Origin: Patescibacteria group bacterium
GTDB taxonomy: Bacteria > Patescibacteriota > Saccharimonadia > Saccharimonadales > OMJO01
Assembly: GCA_038064135.1 (NCBI GenBank)
Contig: JBBTTS010000048.1
Coordinates: forward strand, 1-36,527
Direction: 5' to 3'
Length of the DNA: 36,527 nt
In this document: one piece after another, positions 26,548 through 36,281 of the stretch
Position numbering within the stretch: position 1 is the stretch's first letter
How the letters are laid out: every line of letters starts with the position of its first letter
The notes under the pieces: model-generated
Seen by the model: only the letters and a program-made list of their open reading frames with translations
What the model was told of the DNA's origin: nothing
Databases searched by the model: none
Program-made: the position numbers and the translations under genes

Positions 26548-27467
26548 TATTTTCCTCTCCACTGATCATAAGCCATAGAATCAGCCATTGCTTCATAATA
26601 AGCATTCAAAGCCTCAATATCTTGTTCCTTTAATTCGTTATCAAGAATATTTTTATCATTACAGAGTTCAGAAAAATAGCTAACAAGTGTAATAGCCGAA
26701 TTTACTGCCAGCTTTGCATGACGAATACCTGGTTTATGCTCTGTTCCATGAGCATCAGAAGCCTTGTTTCGCAAACCAGAAAGCCCTGCTATCATACTAT
26801 TCATGCCGGTAATAAGCTGCTTTAATGGCGTGTTGTATAACTCAGGGTCCATATCAAACCGTCTAGATACTTCATTTCCGATTTTCCCCAAATTACCTTC
26901 TAGTTTTCTGTCATACCCACCCTCGGTATTTTTTAGAATCCAAATATATAATTGCTCCACCATAGAACGTGCATTAGTAATTGCGCCTTCGTAATCTTCA
27001 TCGGCAATTTTCTGCTGACATTTTCGATAATGCGCATCAATCCAGTTTTGCAAATTGTCTCCAAGAGATTTCGGTAGTGTAGCAACATCTAACTGCACAT
27101 CAGCACCAACAGAAAGAACTTTTGGAAATTTTCCTGCCATAACTATTTTGTAACCATCAAATTCTAAAAATTGGTTTAAATATTGAATATTATCACCCAA
27201 AATAACACCTTCGTGACCTATGTAGTTCATAGGGTGAAGCTGCTTTTCTATTACCTTTTTTATCTTATCTGTTCCATTTAGCTGCTTTAAACAATTCTCT
27301 GTCATAAACCAGCGAGAACCAGGCTCTGGGGATATGTCAAACTCTGCAAAAAATTCTTGTATGTCGGTTCCTCTTTTATATATTGAACGTGCTGCATTGT
27401 TTGGCCCTTGTTCATCACCATTTATAATCAATCTAATTGCCTCAATAGTGCGTTCGCTCAGAGTCAT
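26547..27467 (-). CDS. Abortive-infection family protein (Abi_C / HEPN-like C-terminal domain)
   Basis: DYEGAITNARSMVE, LSGLRNKASDAHG, HAKLAVNSAIT; translationally coupled to hsdS and hsdR. Confidence 0.8.
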   Translation of the reverse strand: MTLSERTIEAIRLIINGDEQGPNNAARSIYKRGTDIQEFFAEFDISPEPGSRWFMTENCLKQLNGTDKIKKVIEKQLHPMNYIGHEGVILGDNIQYLNQFLEFDGYKIVMAGKFPKVLSVGADVQLDVATLPKSLGDNLQNWIDAHYRKCQQKIADEDYEGAITNARSMVEQLYIWILKNTEGGYDRKLEGNLGKIGNEVSRRFDMDPELYNTPLKQLITGMNSMIAGLSGLRNKASDAHGTEHKPGIRHAKLAVNSAITLVSYFSELCNDKNILDNELKEQDIEALNAYYEAMADSMAYDQWRGK

Positions 27468-28603
27468 ACTTTAATCTTTCCTGAAATGAGTCGTGGCAGA
27501 AGAATATCACGGAGAGTAATAAGATATTGAATTTCTCTTGAGTTGACAACCTGTTGATCATAGATCGGATTCGCAATGCTTGAAAATTCTGCCATTATTT
27601 CTTTAGGTGCATCTATATATGTAAAGCGATCTATATCAGTTTTACTTAAATGTATTACTGTTGTACCAATTTTTGTATTTTCATAAAATGCGAGTTGAGG
27701 TCGAATAGTTTCAAGTAAAAATAGCTTCGAAATAAATGTTGTTTTGGGCTCAAAAGCACACACTCTTTGGTTGAGCCAAGCAGGATCACGTGCCCAAATA
27801 ATAGGCTTAAATTCTGCATCCATCCCTGCGATTATATCTCCTGCTTTTATAAGCCGACCTTTTTTATGATTTTCTGTAGTCCATATCGTCGGTACTTGAG
27901 ATTTTAGATCACGAATCCTTATAAGTGGTATACCTTCACATTCTTCATTGAAAAATTTCGAGCTAAAAGGTGCTCCATTAACTATCTCTGCTAATTCGTA
28001 TATGCTTTGCTTACCCCACTTTTCAGCTTCGGGGTTGGTGATGAAATAGTGACGGAAGAGTGCTTTACCAATTTGTTCCAGCGTATCGTTCATTTTCCGA
28101 TTCAACTCAATTTTTTCGTCGATTGATCCAAGAATACTTACTATTCTATTTTGCGTATCCAGTGTCGGGAGAATTATTTGCATTGAAGCTATTTGTTTAG
28201 CACCAAGATTCTGCTGTGCAGCACCTGTAGCAGCGCCTAGAAGCTTTTCGTAATTGTTTAATAGGTAATAGTAGACATACCTATAATCGGCTTTTTTGTG
28301 ATCAATAATTAGATTACAGCATGCTTGGTTTGTAGTTAACGGGATTTTATTAATTGCAGACTTGCCAGCCGTGGCACCATACATTGCAATAATGACCGAA
28401 TTTTCAGGTATTAGTTTTGCGGATGAATTCTTTAGTCCAGAATCAGTAATTGTCTTTTCTGTACGATATATATTCCCAAATTTCACTTCCTGTGTTCTTA
28501 ACCATGGTATATCACCGTTATAATATTCGGGATGTTTGGTTGAAGGTGTACCTCCAGAAGTTACTTTTGTGCAAATATCTCCTAGCAAAACAGTTTGAGG
28601 CAT
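27464..28603 (-). CDS. hsdS: Type I RM specificity subunit S
   Basis: SGGTPS, TNQACC, LGSIDEKIELNRKMNDTLEQ central conserved region, LRDILLPRLISG. Confidence 0.96.
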   Translation of the reverse strand: MPQTVLLGDICTKVTSGGTPSTKHPEYYNGDIPWLRTQEVKFGNIYRTEKTITDSGLKNSSAKLIPENSVIIAMYGATAGKSAINKIPLTTNQACCNLIIDHKKADYRYVYYYLLNNYEKLLGAATGAAQQNLGAKQIASMQIILPTLDTQNRIVSILGSIDEKIELNRKMNDTLEQIGKALFRHYFITNPEAEKWGKQSIYELAEIVNGAPFSSKFFNEECEGIPLIRIRDLKSQVPTIWTTENHKKGRLIKAGDIIAGMDAEFKPIIWARDPAWLNQRVCAFEPKTTFISKLFLLETIRPQLAFYENTKIGTTVIHLSKTDIDRFTYIDAPKEIMAEFSSIANPIYDQQVVNSREIQYLITLRDILLPRLISGKIKV

Positions 28604-30087
28604 TATTTATCATGCCCTATCTTTGCTAGTTGTTCTTGTATATTCGCTGCTAGTTCATGGCTTTTTATAAATTGCTCACCTAGATCAGTAGTTAACCGTT
28701 CCATTTTTTCAGCAAAAGCTTCATCGTCCTCTTCTACTACAACCGCGCCAACATAACGTCCTGGTGTTAGCACATAATCGTGTTCTTTTATTTCGTCTAA
28801 TGAAGCGACCTTACAAAAGCCTGCAACGTCTTCGTACTTACCATTTTGAGTTTTAAAGTTATGATACGCATCGGTAACTAGGGTAATATCTTCCTCTGTA
28901 AGCTCACGATTCTTGCGATTAATCATCTTTCCCAGGTTTCGACCATCTATAAACAGTACTTTACCGTGGCGATTAGTTCGTTCGCGCGATATAAACCACA
29001 AACAACAGGGTATGGCTACATTAAAGAATAGCTGACTTGGTAGTGTTACTATGCAATCCACCATATCGTTAAGTACTATTTGCTTTCGTATGTCGCCCTC
29101 GCCATTGCTTTGGCTGCTCATACTACCGTTCGCCAGAACAAACCCAGCTGTACCCCGCGGACTAAGATGATGAATAAAGTGTTGTATCCAAGCAAAGTTG
29201 GCATTACCCTTAGACGGCATACCGTATTTCCATCGAATGTCATCCTGTAAATGTTCTTGGCCCCAATCGCTAATATTGAACGGCGGGTTGGCAATTATAT
29301 AGTCAGCTTTTAAGTCTGGTAGTTGATCGTGAGTAAGTGTGTCGCCACGGCGAATGTCTGCGTCTATACCTCGAATAGCCATATTCATTTTGGCAAGCCT
29401 CCAGGTGGTCTCATTCAGCTCTTGACCATACACTGCAATATCATCAATACGGCCTGCATGTTCTGCAATAAATTTTTCGCTCCATACAAACATTCCACCG
29501 CTACCACAGCATGGATCGTAAACACGCCCCTTGTACGGTTCAAGCATTTCGACAAGTAGTTTTACTATGGATCGAGGTGTATAGAATTCACCACCATGCT
29601 TGCCCTCGCTATCGGCAAACATTCCCATAAAGTATTCGTATACCTGGCCAAGTAGGTCCTTCGCATCAGTAGTCGCAAAGCTAATATTAGTAAATAGATC
29701 AATTAACTCACCCAAACGTCGCTTATCTAGTGCTTCTCGTGCGTATTCTTTAGGCAAAACACCTTTTAGAACTGAGTTGTCACGCTCTATGGCTTCCATT
29801 GCCTCGTCGACTAAAACGCCAATATTTGGCTGTTTAGCATTGGCAGTTAGGTTATCCCAGCGCGCTTCTTTAGGTATCCAAAAAACGTTATCTGCAAGAT
29901 AAAAATCACGGTCTTCTGGATCAAATTTCTCACTCTCTGCCTTTTTATATTGTTCAGTGAACGCGTCCGATACATATTTAAGGAATATTAAACCAAGTAC
30001 AACATACTTATAGTCAGATGAGTTTATGTTGCCTCGAAGCTTATCTGCCGCAGCCCAAAGCTGTTTTTCTAATTCTTGTGTATTCAT
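28603..30087 (-). CDS. hsdM: Type I RM N6-adenine methyltransferase subunit M
   Basis: [40 protein letters not shown]. Start set at ATG 30087 (MNTQELEK). Confidence 0.97.
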   Translation of the reverse strand: MNTQELEKQLWAAADKLRGNINSSDYKYVVLGLIFLKYVSDAFTEQYKKAESEKFDPEDRDFYLADNVFWIPKEARWDNLTANAKQPNIGVLVDEAMEAIERDNSVLKGVLPKEYAREALDKRRLGELIDLFTNISFATTDAKDLLGQVYEYFMGMFADSEGKHGGEFYTPRSIVKLLVEMLEPYKGRVYDPCCGSGGMFVWSEKFIAEHAGRIDDIAVYGQELNETTWRLAKMNMAIRGIDADIRRGDTLTHDQLPDLKADYIIANPPFNISDWGQEHLQDDIRWKYGMPSKGNANFAWIQHFIHHLSPRGTAGFVLANGSMSSQSNGEGDIRKQIVLNDMVDCIVTLPSQLFFNVAIPCCLWFISRERTNRHGKVLFIDGRNLGKMINRKNRELTEEDITLVTDAYHNFKTQNGKYEDVAGFCKVASLDEIKEHDYVLTPGRYVGAVVVEEDDEAFAEKMERLTTDLGEQFIKSHELAANIQEQLAKIGHDK

Positions 30088-30325
30088 TTTATTATCTCGC
30101 AATCTATAACAAATATAATTACTCTCATTAAAAGTATTATAGCTCTTTTTTACAGGCATAAACTAATGTTATTTCACACTGAGTGTAGCAAGATGCATAT
30201 GCTTATATTTGTATATTCCAAAATTTTCAAAAATATTTGGTACGGTACATATCGTATGTTTTTGGTATCACTTAATTTAGTACCCCCCCTCGAACGGTAT
30301 TCTTTCTGTTAATGGGTCATTTTGA

Positions 30326-30379
30326 TTAGACTGTCACAGTGGTCAGCAGGGTTCTAACTTGTACTAGCACGCCCTGCCA
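30326..30379 (-). other. Right attachment site; encodes the displaced LSR C-terminus WQGVLVQVRTLLTTVTV*
   Basis: Core CCCTGCCA 30372-30379; 18 codons ending TAA (30326-28), in frame with LSR codon W526; GTTCTAAC at 30351-30358. Confidence 0.8.
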
Positions 30380-30501
30380 AATTTTTTATAGAGTCCTCGC
30401 TTAATTCGTATTCTTCATTTGTTAAATTACTTTGTGTATAAGTGCTTGTGTTTAGTGCTTGTAAAAACTATAATTTACAGAGGTAAACAATAAGGGGTCG
30501 G

Positions 30502-31710
30502 GTGAAGGTATTAATGCTAGGCTGGGAGTTACCGCCATACCACGTAGGGGGTATGGGCATTGCTTGTGAACAACTTTGCCGTAATTTGGCCAGCACAGGT
30601 GTAGATATCGAGTTTGTAATTCCATTTGATGCCGATTTCAGCCATTTAGATTATATGAATGTCAATCCGGCCACCACAATCAATTTTTATACTATGGCTG
30701 CAAACAACTTTGATATTTATAGTAGCAAGCACTACCACACATCTACTCAAACCCTGCCAGCTAACGATATTGAAGTTGCCTACGAAAAATATGTAGAAAA
30801 ACTTGTAAACCTTGGTAGTTTCGATATTATCCATGCGCATGACTGGCTTACGTTTCGGGCTGGGCTCAGTGCCAAACAAAAAAGTGGCAAGCCTTTAATT
30901 GTTCACGTACATGCCACAGAATTTGATCGAGCCGGTAGGGCTTACGGCAACCAATTGGTACGTGAAATTGAATACATGGGGTTTCAGTTGGCTGATCGGA
31001 TAATTGCCGTTAGCCAAGCCACTAAACAGATAATAATTGATGAATATGGTATTTCTGCTTCAAAAATAGACGTTGCTCATAACGCTTATCACTTTAATCC
31101 TTACGAACAACTTAACGGTTTGAATGTATATAAATATCTGGATCTATTAAAAAAACATGGTTATCAAGTTGTTTTAAGCGCTGGAAGATTAACAATTCAA
31201 AAAGGTCTAACCCACCTAATGCGCGCTGCTAAAGATGTAATTGCTCACCAGCCAAAAACTATCTTCTTATTTGTTGGCAGCGGTGATCAATATAACGAAT
31301 TAATTAGGCTTTCTGCCGAACTAGGTATCTCCAACAATGTTATTATGGTTGGACATTTAAACGGCACAGGCCAGCCGTGGCGTGATTCCTTTAGGATTGC
31401 CGATGTATTTGTTTTGCCGTCGGTTTCGGAACCCTTTGGACTAACACCTTTAGAAGCATTGAGTCATTCCACGCCGGTAATAATTAGCAAACAATCGGGT
31501 GTTTCGGAAGTTTTAAACCATTGTCTAAAAGTAGATTTTTGGGATGAGCAAGAGCTTGCTAATAAGTTAATAGCTGTGTTACGAGACTTGCCACTCAAAA
31601 GCATGCTGTCCGAAAATGGTCAGCGTGAGTTAAATCACATCACCTGGAAACGCTCAATTGATACAATTGTTGAAGCCTATCAAAGGCACTTACAGGGGGC
31701 GTCGCCGTGA
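30502..31710 (+). CDS. GT4 family glycosyltransferase (glycogen-synthase-like)
   Basis: MLGWELPP..GGMG, IHAHDWLT, VHATEFDR, GRLTIQKG, PSVSEPFGLTPLEA. Confidence 0.92.
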   Translation: MKVLMLGWELPPYHVGGMGIACEQLCRNLASTGVDIEFVIPFDADFSHLDYMNVNPATTINFYTMAANNFDIYSSKHYHTSTQTLPANDIEVAYEKYVEKLVNLGSFDIIHAHDWLTFRAGLSAKQKSGKPLIVHVHATEFDRAGRAYGNQLVREIEYMGFQLADRIIAVSQATKQIIIDEYGISASKIDVAHNAYHFNPYEQLNGLNVYKYLDLLKKHGYQVVLSAGRLTIQKGLTHLMRAAKDVIAHQPKTIFLFVGSGDQYNELIRLSAELGISNNVIMVGHLNGTGQPWRDSFRIADVFVLPSVSEPFGLTPLEALSHSTPVIISKQSGVSEVLNHCLKVDFWDEQELANKLIAVLRDLPLKSMLSENGQRELNHITWKRSIDTIVEAYQRHLQGASP

Positions 31711-32912
31711 GTCGATCAATGGTGCTATATTTGCACATGCACCAACCAATGCGAATTCGTCACTTCACAATTTTTGACGTTGGGGTTAATGCCGACTATT
31801 TTCAGTCGACAAGTGATGACGACACCAACAACCAAAGAGTACTCGATAAAATTATCGAAAAATCGTACTCACCAACACTAGATGTACTAGGTGAACTGCT
31901 TCAAACCCATCCTGAATTTCAATTTAGCCTGTCAATCTCCGGAACGTTGATCGAACAATTAGAAAATTGTGACAGTGAAATAATCCCCAAACTTCGTAGC
32001 CTGGTCGAGACCAGACGAGTTGAAATTGTTGGCGAAACTTACCATCACAGTTTGACATTTTTTTACGACCAACAAGAGTTTGAGACCCAAGTTAATATGC
32101 ATGCTCAAAAAATTCAACACCTATTTGGCGTGACGCCCACTGCCTTTAGGAATACAGAACTGGCCTATAATAATCAGTTGGCCAGTTGGGCCGAAAGTAG
32201 GGGTTACAAAGTTATTTTAGCTGAAGGTTGGGACCCAATTTTGGGTTGGCGAAGTCCAAACTTTGTTTATCGCCCACCAGATACCCATAACATTCGCCTG
32301 TTACTAAAGAATTACAAACTCAGTGATGATATTGCCTTTCGATTTGGTGACAAGAAGTGGTCGGGCTGGCCGTTAACTGTCGACAAGTTTAACTCATGGG
32401 CGAATGCTGGCGACGGGACAAACATTAATTTATTTATGGATTTTGAAACTTTTGGCGAACACCAGTGGGAGGACACTGGAATTTTTGACTTTTTAAAAGC
32501 ACTGCCTGGCGAGTGGCTAAAAACTGCGAGTAATAACTTTATGACCATCAGCAAAATGGCATCTTCGCAAGAACCTGTTGACGTAGTTGATATGCCGAAC
32601 ACGGTAACTTGGGCCGATACAGAACGTGATTTATCGGCTTGGCTAGGGAATCCTATGCAAAGGCAGGCTATCCAGTCCCTTTACGAGCTTGGAGGATCAA
32701 TAACGAATACTCAAGACCTTGAATTGATTGAGGATTGGCGCAAATTACAAACCTCTGACCATTTTTATTATATGTGCACTAAATGGTTTAACGATGGCGA
32801 CATTCATGCCTATTTCAGTCCTTACCAAACACCTTATGAAGCATTCATCAACTTTATGAACAGTTACCATTCGCTTCGTGCCCGACTGATCGAAAAAGGT
32901 GTACAACTGTAA
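31707..32912 (+). CDS. GH57 family glycoside hydrolase (alpha-amylase-like)
   Basis: HMHQP, ETYHHSL, FRNTEL, MDFETFGEHQ, LQTSDHFYYM. Confidence 0.93.
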   Translation: MSRSMVLYLHMHQPMRIRHFTIFDVGVNADYFQSTSDDDTNNQRVLDKIIEKSYSPTLDVLGELLQTHPEFQFSLSISGTLIEQLENCDSEIIPKLRSLVETRRVEIVGETYHHSLTFFYDQQEFETQVNMHAQKIQHLFGVTPTAFRNTELAYNNQLASWAESRGYKVILAEGWDPILGWRSPNFVYRPPDTHNIRLLLKNYKLSDDIAFRFGDKKWSGWPLTVDKFNSWANAGDGTNINLFMDFETFGEHQWEDTGIFDFLKALPGEWLKTASNNFMTISKMASSQEPVDVVDMPNTVTWADTERDLSAWLGNPMQRQAIQSLYELGGSITNTQDLELIEDWRKLQTSDHFYYMCTKWFNDGDIHAYFSPYQTPYEAFINFMNSYHSLRARLIEKGVQL

Positions 32913-34858
32913 TGGCTAGGCCAATATTACTAGGTAATGGTGCATTAACAGTTGGGATTGATGAATTTGGCCAAGTTCATGATTTTTACTACCCGTATGT
33001 GGGGTTGGAAAATCTAACTACAGCACGAAGTACGGGCCATAAGATTGGAATTTGGGTAAATGGTCTGTTTAGTTGGTCAGATGACGGCAACTGGCAAATA
33101 AATCAAAAAATAGCCGATAACGCACTGATTGGAATAACAACTCTTGTGTCAGACTCTTTGAAAGTTGAGTTGGTTTTTACGGATTTTGTCGATACAGACC
33201 ATAATGCATTTATCAGACGTCTGGTGGTTACAAACAACAGCGACAACGAACAAGATATTCGGGTATTTCTACATCAGGTATTCGAAATTTCACCCTATGG
33301 CAGAGCCGATACAGCGCTTTTCGAACCCGACGAAAATTATATTTTAGACTACAAAGGTCGTTGCAGTATTTTAACTTATGGTTGGAACTATCAGTCCAAT
33401 AAACCTTTTGATCAGTTTGCTATCGGAAATCATGGAATAGAAGGTAAAGAAGGAACGTATAAAGATGCCGAAGACGGTGAGTTATCTGGAAGTGCGGTAG
33501 AACACGGTAGCGTAGATGCAACAATAAGGTTTAAACTGAATATTTCCGCAAAAAACAGTGTGAATATTGATTATTGGTTGGTTGCTGCTGATTCCCAAAA
33601 TAAAGCTGAAAAGATTCATCTAAAATTAAAATCTACTGGTATGAATTCAATTCAACAAAAATGCGAAGATTACTGGAAAGATTGGCTAAATGTTGCCAAG
33701 GATAAATTAAGCGTAATTCCTGAACCTTACAAACAACTCAGCAAAACATCACTGATGCTTATAAAAGCCCACTGTGACCGTCGAGGTGGCATAATCGCCT
33801 CGTGCGACTCATCAATTTATAATTATGGTCGCGACTACTATACTTACGTCTGGCCCAGGGACGGTGCCTATGCTGTTTGGCCGCTTATTCGCCTAGGATA
33901 TAGCGAAGAAGCTCGAAAATTTTTCGAATTTTGCCGAGATATTATTACAGAGGAAGGTTACTTAGAACACAAATTTCAGCCAGACCGCGCCATTGGCAGC
34001 ACTTGGCATCCATTGCTTCACGGAAACCATAAAGAACTTGCCATTCAACAAGACGAAACAGCAATTGTTTTATACATGCTGGGCGAATATGATTCGATGT
34101 TTAAAGATCACGAATTTATTGAAAACCTATACGGTTCTTTTATACAGCCTATGGCCAATTGGTTGAGTGATTTCATAGATAGCCACACCGGGCTTCCACA
34201 TGCTAGTTACGATCTGTGGGAAGAAAAATTCTTAACCAATACTTACACAGTAGGGGTTGTCTATCAAGCTCTACTTACGGCAGCAGATTTTGCCGAAGCT
34301 ATGAACTATCCAGATGATACTGTAAAGTGGCAAGATATCGCCGAACAACTAAAAGCTGGTGCAAATGTATTTTTCGAACCCAACCGCGGAATTTTGCGAA
34401 AAGGTTTTTTACTGCAGCCAGACAAATCGCTCCAATTTGATGACACTTTAGATATATCGAGTATTTTTGGAAGTGTAATTTTCGGTCTATTCGACAAACA
34501 ATCACATGAAGTTTCTCAAACGCTCAATGTAATAGAAAAGGATCTAATCGACCAATCACCTTCTAAGGGTGTGCCAAGATATGAATATGACAAATATTTT
34601 GCATCAGAGCAGCCATATAAGGGAAACCCATGGTTTGTTGCGTCATTTTGGATGGCTCAGTACTATATTCGGATAGGTCGGGGGGAACGTGCCAAGCAAA
34701 TTCTTGACTGGGCACATGATCATAAACTTTCCACTGGGGTATTATCTGAACAGGTTGATCCAACCTACGGAAACCCAGTTTCAGTTACGCCATTAGTTTG
34801 GAGCCACGCCGAATTTATAAATACCGCGTTGGACTATAGTCTAAGTTTGCAGGACTAG
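32912..34858 (+). CDS. GH15 family glucoamylase-like hydrolase
   Basis: YVWPRDG, IQQDET, DLWEE, LSEQ, PLVWSHAEF. Confidence 0.92.
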   Translation: MARPILLGNGALTVGIDEFGQVHDFYYPYVGLENLTTARSTGHKIGIWVNGLFSWSDDGNWQINQKIADNALIGITTLVSDSLKVELVFTDFVDTDHNAFIRRLVVTNNSDNEQDIRVFLHQVFEISPYGRADTALFEPDENYILDYKGRCSILTYGWNYQSNKPFDQFAIGNHGIEGKEGTYKDAEDGELSGSAVEHGSVDATIRFKLNISAKNSVNIDYWLVAADSQNKAEKIHLKLKSTGMNSIQQKCEDYWKDWLNVAKDKLSVIPEPYKQLSKTSLMLIKAHCDRRGGIIASCDSSIYNYGRDYYTYVWPRDGAYAVWPLIRLGYSEEARKFFEFCRDIITEEGYLEHKFQPDRAIGSTWHPLLHGNHKELAIQQDETAIVLYMLGEYDSMFKDHEFIENLYGSFIQPMANWLSDFIDSHTGLPHASYDLWEEKFLTNTYTVGVVYQALLTAADFAEAMNYPDDTVKWQDIAEQLKAGANVFFEPNRGILRKGFLLQPDKSLQFDDTLDISSIFGSVIFGLFDKQSHEVSQTLNVIEKDLIDQSPSKGVPRYEYDKYFASEQPYKGNPWFVASFWMAQYYIRIGRGERAKQILDWAHDHKLSTGVLSEQVDPTYGNPVSVTPLVWSHAEFINTALDYSLSLQD

Positions 34859-35062
34859 TTATTTTTTGGGTTTAACTTCGTTACGTCCAAGATTTTTCTT
34901 GGTTTCAACAAAAAGCGCATGACGCCTCAAAACAGGGTCGTACTTCTTTAGTTGTAGTTTGTCAGGAGTATTTTGGGCATTTTTAGTGGTGTAGTAAATA
35001 CGGTGACCGCTGTCTTCGCTCACCAAACCTATAACTTTTCTTTTGCCTTGCTTCTTTGCCAT
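34859..35062 (-). CDS. rpmG: 50S ribosomal protein L33 (cysteine-free type)
   Basis: YYTTKN..NTPDKLQLKKYDPVLRRHALFVE. Confidence 0.96.
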   Translation of the reverse strand: MAKKQGKRKVIGLVSEDSGHRIYYTTKNAQNTPDKLQLKKYDPVLRRHALFVETKKNLGRNEVKPKK

Positions 35063-35105
35063 TTAATTATATTTTAACAGATTAATAATTATATTTCAAC
35101 GATTT

Positions 35106-35180
<75 letters not shown>

Positions 35181-35291
35181 ATGCATTTAACGTGCGTATT
35201 TTAACCGTTTAAGAAGTATATATCAACGATTCAGTAATAATTTTTCGGTTGTTTAATTGGTTTAGTGAGATCTACGGCGAGATAACTTTAG

Positions 35292-35555
35292 TTATACATC
35301 AACACCACTCTGTTGCATCAAAGCACGTGCCGTGCGTTTAAACAAATCTAAATCTATCCCTTCATCTGGAATAATTTCCATTCTTCGAAGTGTTGCAAAC
35401 GTAAATTCAGAGGCATAAGTAGCACCTATATCACCGATAGTATAAGCTTGATCGGCGTGAATACCTTGTGCCACACAAAGTCTACCAGCATGGTACGTTA
35501 CTTCATTTGTTGCGCCTCGATCTCTTGGATCAAATCCTTCAATGTCAATACTCAT
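35292..35555 (-). CDS. Hypothetical protein
   Basis: 87-aa ORF with TAAAGT 6 nt upstream of the ATG. Confidence 0.6.
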   Translation of the reverse strand: MSIDIEGFDPRDRGATNEVTYHAGRLCVAQGIHADQAYTIGDIGATYASEFTFATLRRMEIIPDEGIDLDLFKRTARALMQQSGVDV

Positions 35556-35593
35556 GGAGGTACTTTACAATTAATTTACATTAAGCACAAATT

Positions 35594-35622
35594 TGGTGCG
35601 TCATGTGTCCCTCCGTTGGAAC
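35594..35622 (+). other. Candidate attachment site of a second tRNA-targeting island extending to the right
   Basis: TGGTGCG (reverse complement CGCACCA, tRNA-3'-like) with GTTGGAAC starting 21 nt after the TGG, the same offset as at 30379/30358. Confidence 0.5.
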
Positions 35623-35690
35623 ACTCTGTATCATAGTTTACTACGACTAGTTGAAAAGTTGCAGGAACCTGGTTGTCCATGTGCCTAATT

Positions 35691-35957
35691 CTAGTAAACC
35701 TGGTTGTGTGTACCTATATCTATAAAGATAATTTTGTCTTGGAGTTCTATATAAACTACTCGAATATCTCCTGTTATCGAGAAAGCACGTCTGCCCTGCA
35801 TATCACCAGTGAGTGCGTGATCATTCAGAGGTGTCCCGAGACGCCCCTCCATAAACATGTTGAGACGTTTCTCGTACTGAGTCATCAATTTACTGTTCGC
35901 TGCTATACGCTTTCGAAAATTCTTTACAAACGAACGATTAAGCTCAATTCTTTTCAC
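35691..35957 (-). CDS. RelE/YafQ family mRNA interferase toxin
   Basis: SFVKNFRK, DHALTG, RAFSITGDIRVVY, DIGTHNQVY. Confidence 0.9.
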   Translation of the reverse strand: MKRIELNRSFVKNFRKRIAANSKLMTQYEKRLNMFMEGRLGTPLNDHALTGDMQGRRAFSITGDIRVVYIELQDKIIFIDIGTHNQVY

Positions 35958-36246
35958 TCTGAAGGTATTCCATCATGCTTTTAGAATCAGTAAAGCCGGG
36001 AAGTTTGCCTGTCTTAGAATCTTTAATTGCTTCAGCAGTCCACTTATTCAAACGAGCTGTTGCTTCAGACGAGGGTTGACCCCAATCATCAACTTCAAGG
36101 TCGATACGACGTCCATCAACAGTAGCTTTAATAATAACGCGCAAGTATGCTTGTGCTGAATCGAAGCCAAGCTGCTTTGCCTTACTAGTAAATTTTTTTC
36201 GTAAAGATGACTCTAACGGAATATGGATTGTGGATGTATCACTCAT
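35944..36246 (-). CDS. Putative antitoxin (RHH-type N-terminus)
   Basis: Overlaps the toxin start; TIHIPLESSLRKK...AKQLGF N-terminus; acidic C-half. Confidence 0.75.
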   Translation of the reverse strand: MSDTSTIHIPLESSLRKKFTSKAKQLGFDSAQAYLRVIIKATVDGRRIDLEVDDWGQPSSEATARLNKWTAEAIKDSKTGKLPGFTDSKSMMEYLQSEKN

Positions 36247-36252
36247 ACCTAT

Positions 36253-36281
36253 ATGATATCAAACAGAAATAATTATGTCAA
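36253..36281 (-). promoter_or_regulatory. sigma70 promoter of the TA operon (leaderless geometry)
   Basis: TTGACA-N17-TATCAT, then 6 nt, then ATG. Confidence 0.8.

Larger units (their letters stand above)
18089..30379. mobile_element. ~12.3 kb integrative element in the 3' end of tRNA-Trp
   Basis: Direct repeat CCCTGCCA at 18089-18096 and 30372-30379; LSR at the tRNA end; ATPase and defence cargo all on the minus strand; host-type genes resume at 30502. Confidence 0.9.

Noticed and set aside
30088-30159. Longer N-termini for HsdM (and for YbaB from 712, HsdR from 26562)
   Set aside because: Family-like sequence begins at downstream ATGs, supported by SD, promoter-like sequence or stop-start overlap.
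30235-30300. Cluster of GGTAY motifs near the island's right end as an origin
   Set aside because: Motifs are short and irregularly spaced; they cannot be distinguished from chance by eye.
18097-30371. Prophage or conjugative element
   Set aside because: No terminase, capsid, tail, relaxase or T4SS genes are recognisable.
27464-31710. TGA recoding (genetic code 25)
   Set aside because: TGA acts as a stop in clean ATGA/GTGA overlaps (hsdS-abi, GT4-GH57), and long ORFs are intact under code 11.
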